DNA of 64,000 nt from Epithemia pelagica (Eukaryota > Protista > Bacillariophyta): assembly GCA_946965045.2 (NCBI GenBank), contig OX337236.1, positions 1,860,001-1,924,000 on the forward strand. Direction: 5' to 3'. The notes under the pieces are model-generated. The model did not search any database, was not told where the DNA came from, and saw only the letters and a list, made by a program, of their open reading frames with translations. The position numbers and the translations under genes were made by a program. This document shows, in pieces, positions 14,972-24,898 of this stretch; within the stretch, counting starts at the first letter, position 1; each line of letters starts with the position of its first letter.

Positions 14972-17011
14972 CTACAATGGGATTTCCGGATGCCGAATTT
15001 TCAAATACGCCGCCACAAGCTCCTCCACATGCAGGGGATCCCAACGTGCCGTTCCCTCCTTGTCGTGCTGTTGCTGGTGGTCCGTATCATTTTCTTGTTT
15101 GGCAACCTTGCTTTGGGGTGGCAGGGAATCATCATCACCCAAGTGCTTGTTCAATTGTTGGGCAATGGCCTGGGCGGTGGCGGCAAAGAATCGCAAGGTG
15201 GCAACTTCCGAGTCCACCACCAATGCCGCATAATAGGCACGGTCCTGATCCGGACGATCGGAATCCTTGTTTGGTTGCCTGGAATCGTGGTCGTCTTTTG
15301 CTCGCAACGACGACGACAAGACAAGGGTGCGTTGGGCTTTGGGAAAGGTATACGATTCCGCAAGTTCCAGCAATCGTTCTCGAAAGGCGGACAAGGCTTG
15401 TAATTCAGTTTGCAAGTCTTGTGGTGGTGGTGGTGGTTGATTTGGATGGGGGGAATCCATGGCACTTGGTTCCCCATACAACAATTGGTCATGATCGTCG
15501 TGGTCGTCTAGTTCAGGATCATGTTCTTCTTCTTCGTCGTCGCAGGCATTTAAAAAGGCCTCCATGTCATCTTCCATATCATCAACATCTTCTTCTTCTT
15601 CTTGTTCCTCTTTCATGCCATCATTGCCGTCGTGTTGTTCCATCCCATCTGTGGAAGCTGGCAAAGAATTCTTTCCAGTTTGGTGGTCTGGAAAAAAGGT
15701 TTCGAGTGCTTGCACAAACCCTCCATACGAATACGATTTGGGTCCTCGTCTCAGCACAATAATGCTTCGTTTTGGGTTGCTGCTTGTGGTCGTCCTCGTT
15801 GGAACAAATTCATAGATATCATTGCAAGATCCATCTGGTTCGATATTGTCCGCCAAGGCAAAGCCATAATTGAGCAAGAGTTGTCCATTGCTCTGCGCAC
15901 CGTACGTAATGGAAAGCATGGTTCCCGGTTGAAAACCATGGGTACTCTGGACAATGACTTGGTTGGCTTGAAACGTGTAGGAACACGATTTGCCAACGTT
16001 TGCGTTGCGAGGACCTCGATAATGATTGCACAAATCCAACAGGGGGACCAAGGTTGTGGTGGGACTCGCAGTGGTAGTTTCATTGGAAAAGGCGCGAGAT
16101 GAGACAATTGTCATGGCAACATCCAAGTCTTGATAGGAAAAGGTTGGAATTGTTGCCCCTATCGGCGCTCCATCCGTTCGAGTGTCGTCGTCCTCCTCCG
16201 GTCGTTGAAAAAGACTGGATCGGACGATGCGATTATAATGATGTTGCAACATTATTTTTTGAGCGTCCACATGAGCCCGAATGGGAGACCCACCCAACCA
16301 TTGATCCAATTCCTGTAACGACCAATGACGGGGCAATAGTTGGAGCAGTTCTGTGGAGGATGGCAAACTGTCCCAATAGGGTTGCCACCAAGACGACGAC
16401 GACAAGGAGGAATCCAATCGCAACAGGGCCACGTAGGCTGCCAATAAAATGTCTTGTTTGGAATAATACATCCATTCGTCGTCTTGTACGGTAGGGTTGG
16501 ATTCCTTGGAAGAAGACGACAAGACTTGATCGAGTTGCTGGATCCAAACAGCGTACTGTCTTGTCGCTGCTGATGTTGCGGTTTTGGTGGTGGTGGTTGG
16601 CTCCTTGGTGTTGTTGAGTTCCTGTTTTGGTGCCTCCTCCTTGTCATTGTCGTCGTCCTCCTCCTCCACGTGAGGAAGGGTGATCCAATGTGATTTGGAG
16701 ATTTTCATGACCACTTCTTGGACCGCCAAGGCACGTCTGGCCTCAGCCGCCCAACACAAGCCACGGATCGTACCATTTGTACCACCATCCTTGTGGACCA
16801 CTACTTCTGGCTGGAGTACGTGGCGATTCGACCAAGTATCTTCTGCTACCTCGTCCGGGGAACGACGCTTCATCCATGCCACTAAATTCTGGAACCATAC
16901 GAGCGACGATGGATTCGGCGACTCACCAAACGTGGCATTCATTTTGCGACATAGGAAACCGAAGAGACTACAACAGAGAAAGAGAGAGGGTGATGGTGAT
17001 GGTCGCAACAA
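14972..17011 (-). CDS. SET-domain lysine methyltransferase, Rubisco-LSMT/SETD3-like
   Basis: Motifs IRGLCWA, WWQPYWDSLP, LVPLLDLCNH, ITYGAQSNGQLLLNYGF. Confidence 0.85.
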   Translation of the reverse strand: MLRPSPSPSLFLCCSLFGFLCRKMNATFGESPNPSSLVWFQNLVAWMKRRSPDEVAEDTWSNRHVLQPEVVVHKDGGTNGTIRGLCWAAEARRALAVQEVVMKISKSHWITLPHVEEEDDDNDKEEAPKQELNNTKEPTTTTKTATSAATRQYAVWIQQLDQVLSSSSKESNPTVQDDEWMYYSKQDILLAAYVALLRLDSSLSSSSWWQPYWDSLPSSTELLQLLPRHWSLQELDQWLGGSPIRAHVDAQKIMLQHHYNRIVRSSLFQRPEEDDDTRTDGAPIGATIPTFSYQDLDVAMTIVSSRAFSNETTTASPTTTLVPLLDLCNHYRGPRNANVGKSCSYTFQANQVIVQSTHGFQPGTMLSITYGAQSNGQLLLNYGFALADNIEPDGSCNDIYEFVPTRTTTSSNPKRSIIVLRRGPKSYSYGGFVQALETFFPDHQTGKNSLPASTDGMEQHDGNDGMKEEQEEEEDVDDMEDDMEAFLNACDDEEEEHDPELDDHDDHDQLLYGEPSAMDSPHPNQPPPPPQDLQTELQALSAFRERLLELAESYTFPKAQRTLVLSSSLRAKDDHDSRQPNKDSDRPDQDRAYYAALVVDSEVATLRFFAATAQAIAQQLNKHLGDDDSLPPQSKVAKQENDTDHQQQHDKEGTARWDPLHVEELVAAYLKIRHPEIPL

Positions 17012-17278
17012 GGTCCATCAACACACATCCCGTCAAAAACCGATGGTTTTCAGATGCCTTAGACAGGATATGCTCCCGGTATCTTTTTTGGTGGTTTCTA
17101 GAAAGCTACCGAAAAGCGACCATATATAGAATACAAAGAAGCCCGCGCCCGCCCGGATTCAATATTACCAGCGACCAAAGACGCCCCGAAACATATGCCC
17201 CCAAATTCAGGTTAAGAAAAACATACGATAGTGTGTTAATACTGTACGATTTATCGCCGGGATCTGGGTACAATAGTA

Positions 17279-17309
17279 CGAGCTGGTTCACGTTGCGGAG
17301 TGCATGAGT
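17279..17309 (+). repeat. Left TIR CGAGCTGGTTCACGTTGCGGAGTGCATGAGT
   Basis: Reverse complement of 24219..24249 with one mismatch. Confidence 0.95.
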
Positions 17310-17476
17310 ATATTAGTGTACAAGACTGTACCCGAAAAAAACCAGTACACAAAACTCCACAGTGGATAATCCGCAGCAACCATGACAATGGGATGGATCA
17401 ATGTTTGGACAAATACGATGCCATTCCTGGCTACAAACACAACAAGTACTATTGCTAATCGACTAAGTAGGTTCTA

Positions 17477-18016
17477 TTACGCATCTGCTGTAAAGAACAG
17501 GCTCTGGGTAGGGTATTTTGTCGTCATGTAGGCAAGAGCAGTCTTGAGCTCTTCCATGTGGAAGAGGCTCATGTAGAGGGTGACGACCATTGGGTCCATG
17601 CTGCTCTTCGTATCGATCGTGCACCGTGTGTAGAATTGAATGCGGCCCTTCTTCTTGCTGGAGTCCGTGGGTGAGAGAACTTCCTTCATCACTGTCTTGA
17701 CAATGAACCCAACTGGCAGCACAAGCAGCGGGTCGGCAAACTCGGACCGCGCTTCCCTCTTGTAAAATGCCAACCGAAGATAGTCTGTGCTTGTCTCCCG
17801 TTGGAGGAGAACATGCCCACGGTCGACAACATTCCGTCCATTTTGTTCTGCGCCGTTGTCGACAATGTCTCCAACGAGAACATTGACCCTGTCCGCGTAA
17901 AAGCTCGTCCGAAAGTTACATCGACTTCGATCGTCTTCAGAGCCAAACTTGTCCTTGTTGAAAAAGAACTCGACCTCGTCCTCCATGCCGTTGTTGATTG
18001 TTGGTGTTGGTAGCAT
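17477..18016 (-). CDS. Transposon cargo ORF, 179 aa, unknown function (possible PH/RanBD-like beta fold)
   Basis: Clean ATG-started ORF inside the TIRs. Segment DRGHVLLQRE...YLRLAFYKRE loosely recalls Ran-binding/PH-like domains; weak. Confidence 0.5.
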   Translation of the reverse strand: MLPTPTINNGMEDEVEFFFNKDKFGSEDDRSRCNFRTSFYADRVNVLVGDIVDNGAEQNGRNVVDRGHVLLQRETSTDYLRLAFYKREARSEFADPLLVLPVGFIVKTVMKEVLSPTDSSKKKGRIQFYTRCTIDTKSSMDPMVVTLYMSLFHMEELKTALAYMTTKYPTQSLFFTADA

Positions 18017-18295
18017 CGTACTCCGAACTCCGCACGTTAGGTTGATTGTTCGATCGATTCAAAGCAGTGGGTTGTTTCGTGTTTGCATGTTTCGTTTCCG
18101 GATGCATCCAAAATGTGGGAGCCACACGGGTTGGTCGGATCTTTACGCGCACCTCTTTCCGTTCAGCTATCCGTTGATCTAAGTAGGTTGTTTGAGTTTG
18201 GTCTTGAGATCGCGAGCAGATACATTCCACATCCCATTACAAGACACAGCACGATGCTCTCAGTTGTGTGTTCGTCTCACAAAAAACAAAACAAG

Positions 18296-19221
18296 ATGAG
18301 CAACAACAGCCATCGTCGCTACCCAAGTCGCACCCGCACCAAAACACCAAGCTTCCTGGATGACATCCAGGAAGATACTGTTCCTCCACCAGGGAAGACG
18401 CCAGGGAAGACACCAGCGAAGACACCAGCGAAGACACCGGGCAAGAAGCTCCCTCCGAAGAAGAGCTCCACGAAGAAGAACGCAAACAAGAAGCGTCGAA
18501 CAAAGAAGACGAGTCCGGAGCTCCCCCCACCCCAGTCTCCAGATTTCGTCATTTCCAAGGTGGTTGAAGGGGAGACCCCAAGAGGAGCAAACGAGGACAT
18601 AGTGGTATTGATGCCGGTGGCCATCGACGACAAGGCGCAGAGGCTCAAGGATGCATTGAACAAAGCAACGCAGTGGCATCTCATCCTTGGTGATGAGAAT
18701 GGAGCCACGACCCTGGTGCTTGGTCGAAACCACCATCATCATTCGGGCAAAGTCTCGATTGCCGAGATTGTGGAAACGCTTAAGCAGTCTGAGCGTAGCC
18801 ACAAGCCCAGAAACAATGAAACAATCAACGAAAATGGTAAGTTGATTGTGCCTTTGTAATTGATTGGAACGATCGTAGTACTCACCTCATTTTGTTTTCA
18901 GGACAAGAGGATGGAATGCTGATGGAGACTCGCACTCCATTGAAGAAGGAGGAGTCCATTGGTGAGGCGGAGACTGTCATGAAATCCAATGTGGTGGATT
19001 GGCAGTACTTGACGCCTGGTGAGAAGCACGCCCAAAAGAGACGTGAGGCCGAGAGGGCTGTGCATTTCATGGCTGACAGTTGTGCAAGCCCGAGTCTCTT
19101 TCGTGAGGCTGCTTCAACGGCGTCGGATGATGACGCCACGTATGACTCTCACGTTGATGATGGATTTGAAGATACGCAGGAGGAAAATATGTTTAGTCAG
19201 GAGGACTACTACAAGTATTAG
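18296..19221 (+). CDS. Transposon cargo gene, basic KTP-repeat N-terminus and acidic C-terminus, intron 18837..18901
   Basis: GTAAG donor at 18837, CTCAC branch site and TTTTCAG acceptor at 18901 join two track ORFs in frame. Repeats GKTPGKTPAKTPAKTPGK and K/R-rich NLS-like stretch. Confidence 0.65.
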
Positions 19222-19285
19222 TTACGTAAAATAAACCATTCTAAATACTGAATAATTGTTGTCCTTTACTTTCATCATCGTGGCC

Positions 19286-20512
19286 TTAGTCGCTTTCTTC
19301 TTCTTCATCGTCATCTTCGTCTTCGTCGTGCGAATCCTGATCTTTCTCGTTGTTGTTGCCTTCGTCATCTATCTCGTCATCCGAATCCGAATCTGAATCC
19401 TCATCTTCATCTCCTTCATCATCCGACTTCTCGGATTCCTCGTCGTCGTTGCCATCTGAAGATTCATCTTGCTCATCCTGGCTGCCAGTCCTCATGCCCG
19501 ACGCCAGATTGTAGCACCAGAACAACTCTTGATTTTTTTTAATGTTGCGTTTGGCTGTAGCCTTGAGCTTTCCATCGACCTGGACGTTGTAGCATTTGTC
19601 GTCCGGGTCAACAGGTTGGTTGTCGTGATACTTGGCATAGTTTGGATCGTTTGCAAAGTGCAAACCCATCCAAAGGTCTGCCGCGGATGGATCAAAGAAG
19701 ACAGAAGGCCTTGTACGCAGTCGGACAGCGTAAGCAGAAGGCGGACGAGACTTGTCAAGGACCTTACCACCATAGAATCCCAGCATTTCGCCTTTTTTGT
19801 AGGGCTTTGCTGCAAAAAGCCCGAGACGAGCGTTGTCCAAGGTTGATCGCTTGATGACAAACAAGTCTTCGTCGACGTACCGAACAATGCACTCGTACTT
19901 TTGTGAATTGTCGTTTAGGTCCACCATCATTGTCCCTTCGACAAGTAGATTGTTCTTGTGTTTCTTGTTGATTCCCGACCCTTTCTTATTGTTGTATTTA
20001 CTTGGAGCATAGTGTTTGATTGCTGTGCCAACAGGTTTGCCCTTGGAGCCGTGGGCTTTCCGGACCTGTGCACCTTCGATGCTCACGATGCCCTTGATGT
20101 GGGAGGAAATGAACCGATATAATTCGGTTCTTTCCTCCAAAGTACCTGATCCATACAGGCCTTCAAGCTTGGCCATGAGATTCTCCGCCTTCACTGCCCG
20201 TGGCGTTCTCGTTGTTGCAATCTTCTTCCTCGCTCGTTGTTTCTGATTGAGCTCATCCATTTTGTATTTTCGATTTTGCTGCATGCGACGAGGCGGCTTT
20301 GCTGCTCTTGTTCGTGTTCTTGCGGAACTTGCCTGTTGCTTTGTAGCGGAACGTGTCTGTCGCTTTCCCATGGCTGTTGCAGGCTGCTGCACTTTGTCGC
20401 TGTCGAAAAATTCTGACTGCTGCACTTTTATGAACTTGGACTGCTGCACTTTTTGGAGAAGGCGCAGAAACGCCAACCCTTTTGAGCTTCCGAATGAGAG
20501 TGAAAACCGCAT
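19286..20512 (-). CDS. Transposon cargo minimal SET-domain methyltransferase (alternative start 20371)
   Basis: SET motifs RLGLFAAKPYKKGEMLGFYGG, LHFANDP and IKKNQELFWCYN. Basic N-terminus and long D/E tail. Confidence 0.8.
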   Translation of the reverse strand: MRFSLSFGSSKGLAFLRLLQKVQQSKFIKVQQSEFFDSDKVQQPATAMGKRQTRSATKQQASSARTRTRAAKPPRRMQQNRKYKMDELNQKQRARKKIATTRTPRAVKAENLMAKLEGLYGSGTLEERTELYRFISSHIKGIVSIEGAQVRKAHGSKGKPVGTAIKHYAPSKYNNKKGSGINKKHKNNLLVEGTMMVDLNDNSQKYECIVRYVDEDLFVIKRSTLDNARLGLFAAKPYKKGEMLGFYGGKVLDKSRPPSAYAVRLRTRPSVFFDPSAADLWMGLHFANDPNYAKYHDNQPVDPDDKCYNVQVDGKLKATAKRNIKKNQELFWCYNLASGMRTGSQDEQDESSDGNDDEESEKSDDEGDEDEDSDSDSDDEIDDEGNNNEKDQDSHDEDEDDDEEEESD

Positions 20513-20721
20513 TGACAGTCATCAGACTGTCGTTTGTACACTGTGGACCAGTCTATTTTTGGTGTCACCAATGAACTTCGCAGCACTTGAGAGGTACAAA
20601 AAAGATTCTCTCATAAAATTTGCTTCTGGAAAAAGTGAAACAGAGTCTCGTGCATGACAAGCCTACAAGTATGAAGATGAAGAGGAGTTCTATGGTACGT
20701 AAATGTGTTACAATATGAATT

Positions 20722-23700
20722 TCAGCGTTCTGCTTCTTGTGCCTCCTTCCAGACTTGCTGGATGAACGAGTGCTCTTGATCGAGCGTGCACCGGTGAGTC
20801 TTCATACTCACATTCACATACTTCTCGATTTCGACAAACAGGATGTCATCTGTTGCACTTTGATTCCTGCTGTCAAACAACAAATAGGTAAGCATGTACC
20901 GCCTTGCTTTCGCTGAGAACCTGCGAACGGTTCTCAGCGAAACTTTCCCCATACTGTCTCTCACCACTTGCATGAACTTCGTCTTGTTGCCTTTCTTGTT
21001 TCTTGTCAAACGTCGGAAGTATCGCTTCCCAAGACCCCATGCGTACTCGATCCCTTCACCCGCCAGTTCGCAGTGGTATTTTGGTGTGACGAGGATTTCA
21101 AGGTTGCGAGAATATCGCTGCGAGAGATCAGCCGCCAGTTGTTCGAGGGCTGATCTCTCATTCTTGAAGTCCTCGCACGATCCCATCAGGTAAGTCAAGG
21201 AATACTTCTTGTATTCCTCCATCTTGTCCTCACGGACCTGTCCTGAACCATCCAACCATGTCTTACTCATGTCCTTGCGGTATTCCTGGAGCTTGGTGGT
21301 GTCAATGAAACCACGCTCGCCCAGAACTTGGAAGAGACCCTTTGGTTGCCCGAGCCAGCCCTGCTCCATGACAACTCGGTCTACCTCGGTTGGTAGCTGC
21401 CTTGCTGTCGAAATTGCCTGGAGCTGGTCAAGGGATTTGGAATGGTAGGCTTGAAGTGCCCTGTCGCCATGTTGAGCTCCTTGTTGAATGTCATGGCGAA
21501 TGAGCTCACCAATCAATTCTTTCTTGGACAGCTTGTGTTTCTTTGTTTGATTGGTTGGGTGGTCGAACTTCATTCGTTGTCGTTGCTCCTCAGTGAGAGG
21601 AACACCCTTATAAGCAAATGGGCCAGGGTCCGCATCCGTGTATACCATGGATTGCTTCGACCCTGGCTGAAGACGATGAGGGTGTGGATATGGACCGATG
21701 CACTCAACAATTGTCTCATGCATTTTGGGTACCACTCCACCCCAATCCTTGTTCATGGTCTTCTCGTTGAGCCCATCCTTCTGTTTTCGTCCATGACCGC
21801 TACTGTTGTCAAAGAGAAAAGCGAAATCAAAGGATGGATAGAGGACCATCAAACAATCAACCAAGTCCTCAAATTGGAGGGCCATGTGATCGTAGTTCCA
21901 CCAGCCATCATTGTTGGATCCATAGTCAAAATACGTGCAGAACGCACTGGCATCCGTGATCTGCCGGATCCGCTTGCTGCTGCCACCAAGTACTTGACTG
22001 GCAGAGTCCTCGGCCAAGTACGTCTGCGCTCGACGAGATTGATTGATTGCCTCAAGCTTCTCGGGGGTGAGCAGGACAACTTCGCCTGAGTTGTCTGAAT
22101 AGAACCCCCATGCGCGACTCACGAATGCACTAAGCATTAAACCGTGCCCGTCGTCTTTGGGCAAAAGAACTCCACGCCCTTTGTGGTCCCCCCAACTCTT
22201 CTTCGAGAAGGACCATTGCTTGAAAATGGCTTCATCTTGGCCAACAAGCACAACAGGACGACGCTCAGAAGGGAAACGATGCGACAAATTTCCTCCCAGC
22301 AGCTTGTTTTCATCTCTAATGTATGATGAAAACATATCAGGAAAACAATCTACATGGTATTCTCGCATTGTTTGGTTCGTCGAAGGGTCTCGAAACTCGA
22401 AAGCCCAAACATCCTTCATGAGCTTTTCGGAGACACCCTCAATCTCCCCGTTTTCTAGTTTGATTGCTTGGTCGGATGGAATCTGAATCCATCGATGCGC
22501 AAGCTTTTCCAACTCGAAGTATTTCGAGATGAACTGCTTCCGGGCTTGAACATTGTTGGCGTCCTCGTGACGGTCCGTGTAGTATGTCTTCTTTGTTTCA
22601 GAGAATCGAAACCCAGCAAATGTGAGAATCTTCCATGCCGCACCGACTGAAACACTGGGGAGATTCACTTTTTGACGGAACTCGTCCAACGTGAGCGGCT
22701 CTGTGGATGGCTCCCCATCTTCGGTGTCCGCCTGTTGCTCTTTTTTATATATCAATGGGATCAAACTGTCTCGAATGTACATGGCTGCCATCTCGCAGGA
22801 GAGGGTCTCCAGATGTTGGCTCGCCCACTTCTGCAGCAATGGGAGTGCTTCTGGATATTGAGCCAGAAAGCATGGGCACGGCTTCTTCCCAATCTGGATG
22901 TACCAGTTTGGATGCAGGAACTTGCCGCTGACCCGGAATGCAACGTTGGCTCTTTGCACAGTCCGCCAATTCTGCAGACCGCTTTTTGAGATTCTACTCC
23001 GTTCGGTTGCATATTTGCAACACGAAGTCCACGTGGCACCATCCTCCATGGTGTGCAGGGCTCGCTCATACGCAAGCCTCAGCACCCGCATCCTCATAAG
23101 CATCTTTGGGACACAAGAGTTTGGCGGTGGCTCATCTTGGCCCTTGTTGACAAGAGTCAAAAAGCAATCAAACCGTTGTTCCGCCATTTCAAGTGACTCA
23201 ATCCACCGTTCCAGCTTCTTTCTCGTTGTCTCCCCATTCACTCTCGGACCAAAGATTTTGCTCACAACGGGCCGGTCGAAGAAATCTACGGCAGAAGAGT
23301 CACTGGAGGCATTGGAATGCTCGTTGTTGTTGTTGTTTCCATTGTCGTTTCCTGTGCCTGTGGTTGTTGTTGTTGTGGTGGTTTCCAGTGCCTCTTCCAA
23401 AATCTGCTCTGGGCTTGGTGGTGATGACGCTGCCGTTGTGGCAGTTTCATCATCCTTGATTGGTGTTGTGGGTTTCTTGCGTTTGTTCCTCCCTCCAATT
23501 CGAATCCGATTGTGGCTTATGAATTTAAGCCACTCGTCAATAGTGTGGTTGAATTGAGGTGGTGGATCGGTCTGACGAGCCGAAACATAGTAGAATATTT
23601 GTTTCCCACCTCGACGTCGCACCTCGTGGCGGTAGATACCGTTGGGATTCCACTCTTGCGATAGGAAATGGAGTCGCCATTCACTAACTGAGCGCATTAA

Positions 23701-23871
23701 AGATCGATTCATCATTGTTGCGTCGGATAATTCCGGAATCCACTGCTTCAAGAAGACGGCAATCTCAGCGTCAATAATCCACCGGTTTGTCCAGAGGAAG
23801 CGTATTGGATGGCATCTGAAGCCAAATTCGTCGCATATGGTTGTGTATGGCCCTGTATATGATTGAACCAT
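20722..23871 (-). CDS. DDE transposase, IS630/Tc1/mariner-like, about 1049 aa, long insert between second D and E
   Basis: Catalytic motifs GQDEAIF, FLFDNSSGH, PKYHCELAGEGIEYAW. Uninterrupted ORF; first ATG at 23871 (track start 23922 is GTG). Confidence 0.88.
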   Translation of the reverse strand: MVQSYTGPYTTICDEFGFRCHPIRFLWTNRWIIDAEIAVFLKQWIPELSDATMMNRSLMRSVSEWRLHFLSQEWNPNGIYRHEVRRRGGKQIFYYVSARQTDPPPQFNHTIDEWLKFISHNRIRIGGRNKRKKPTTPIKDDETATTAASSPPSPEQILEEALETTTTTTTTGTGNDNGNNNNNEHSNASSDSSAVDFFDRPVVSKIFGPRVNGETTRKKLERWIESLEMAEQRFDCFLTLVNKGQDEPPPNSCVPKMLMRMRVLRLAYERALHTMEDGATWTSCCKYATERSRISKSGLQNWRTVQRANVAFRVSGKFLHPNWYIQIGKKPCPCFLAQYPEALPLLQKWASQHLETLSCEMAAMYIRDSLIPLIYKKEQQADTEDGEPSTEPLTLDEFRQKVNLPSVSVGAAWKILTFAGFRFSETKKTYYTDRHEDANNVQARKQFISKYFELEKLAHRWIQIPSDQAIKLENGEIEGVSEKLMKDVWAFEFRDPSTNQTMREYHVDCFPDMFSSYIRDENKLLGGNLSHRFPSERRPVVLVGQDEAIFKQWSFSKKSWGDHKGRGVLLPKDDGHGLMLSAFVSRAWGFYSDNSGEVVLLTPEKLEAINQSRRAQTYLAEDSASQVLGGSSKRIRQITDASAFCTYFDYGSNNDGWWNYDHMALQFEDLVDCLMVLYPSFDFAFLFDNSSGHGRKQKDGLNEKTMNKDWGGVVPKMHETIVECIGPYPHPHRLQPGSKQSMVYTDADPGPFAYKGVPLTEEQRQRMKFDHPTNQTKKHKLSKKELIGELIRHDIQQGAQHGDRALQAYHSKSLDQLQAISTARQLPTEVDRVVMEQGWLGQPKGLFQVLGERGFIDTTKLQEYRKDMSKTWLDGSGQVREDKMEEYKKYSLTYLMGSCEDFKNERSALEQLAADLSQRYSRNLEILVTPKYHCELAGEGIEYAWGLGKRYFRRLTRNKKGNKTKFMQVVRDSMGKVSLRTVRRFSAKARRYMLTYLLFDSRNQSATDDILFVEIEKYVNVSMKTHRCTLDQEHSFIQQVWKEAQEAER

Positions 23872-24218
23872 TTTGTCTGTTCGGGCACAGGCAGAGAGAT
23901 GGAGGATGAGGGGACTGCCCACGATGTTCGACAGTAGCTACTTTCACTGCTCCTGGAGACTGAACCACAGGTCGAAATGCGCAACACCCCTATGATTTTC
24001 TACTACTTTTATATCTAACCTATCGATTAGGTTGGGTGGTGTTTCGCATTTCGACCGGCGAATGGCCATCGTCGCATGAAGCGGTCACTAGTCGTTATTG
24101 CATTTTGCATTTTTCAATATGTGCGTGACAAAATGTGAGGAACACGAAAACCGTAAGTGATCCGAAACGCTGGGGTACTGTGGGCTAAAGTGTAGTATAC
24201 AATTTCCCACTATGAAAA

Positions 24219-24249
24219 ACTCATGCACTCCGCAACGTGAACCAGCTTG
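24219..24249 (-). repeat. Right TIR of the 7-kb transposon
   Basis: ACTCATGCACTCCGCAACGTGAACCAGCTTG followed by TA. Confidence 0.95.
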
Positions 24250-24898
24250 TAGGTCGAGACTACAACGTCTGATTCTGTCTAGGTCTTTAGGTGGCAGGGC
24301 TGCTTTCTATTAGTCCTTTTGTGAGCCGGATAGGCCAGACTTGAGTTGGCATATGTGGTAATGTGGATACTGTGCTGCCATCTAAAGTCATTTTGTGGTT
24401 TCTGGGGTTCTACGTCTTTTGTGTCGGGTCAGGTCTAGATGGCTTAGTACCTACCCCTGCTAGGGCACGGTGTTTTGTTTCTTCGTTAGTCCGTTGGGCG
24501 TGATTCTGACGTGGAACGACGTGGTGCAGCAATTTTGATTTAATGAAATGCTCTGACAACCTATGACCGTTCTTTGAGCATTTTTTTCTTCGGGGCTGAA
24601 TGTTTTTGAATTGGGGTGGGCCCGGCGATTTTGTCTTTCTTGTTGGGGGTTTTGGTGTTTGGTACTGAAATTTGACTTCTGGGCTAAAACTTTTTCTTCC
24701 AGTCTTTGATGTTTTTCCACCCCCAGACCCCCTTAGCCTGCCGGCTTCCGACACGTTCATTCTGAACTCAGTCGAACTACCTAGAGCATTTAGCATCCCC
24801 ATTTCCATTTTTCATTTTTCCACAATCTTTTCTCTTTTAAGATGTTATTCTCTTGTACTTGATACAGACCATCGTCCTCTTCGTAATCGCAACGGGTT

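Larger units (their letters stand above)
17279..24249 (-). mobile_element. Complete 6971-bp IS630/Tc1/mariner-superfamily DNA transposon with three cargo ORFs
   Basis: 31-bp TIRs with one mismatch (17279..17309 and 24219..24249). TA dinucleotides at 17277-78 and 24250-51. Intact internal DDE transposase. Confidence 0.9.

Noticed and set aside
14972-20512. Cargo SET captured from the neighbouring host SET gene
   Set aside because: Different SET classes (LSMT-type with large insert versus minimal SET) and no visible nucleotide similarity; adjacency looks coincidental.
24410-24800. Helitron termini for the nuclease module (CTAG near short hairpins at about 24445 and 24781)
   Set aside because: Stems are only about 4 bp, there is no TC 5' end, no A|T insertion site, and no Rep/helicase in the window. 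The (CTAC)n stretch varies among copies like a microsatellite.
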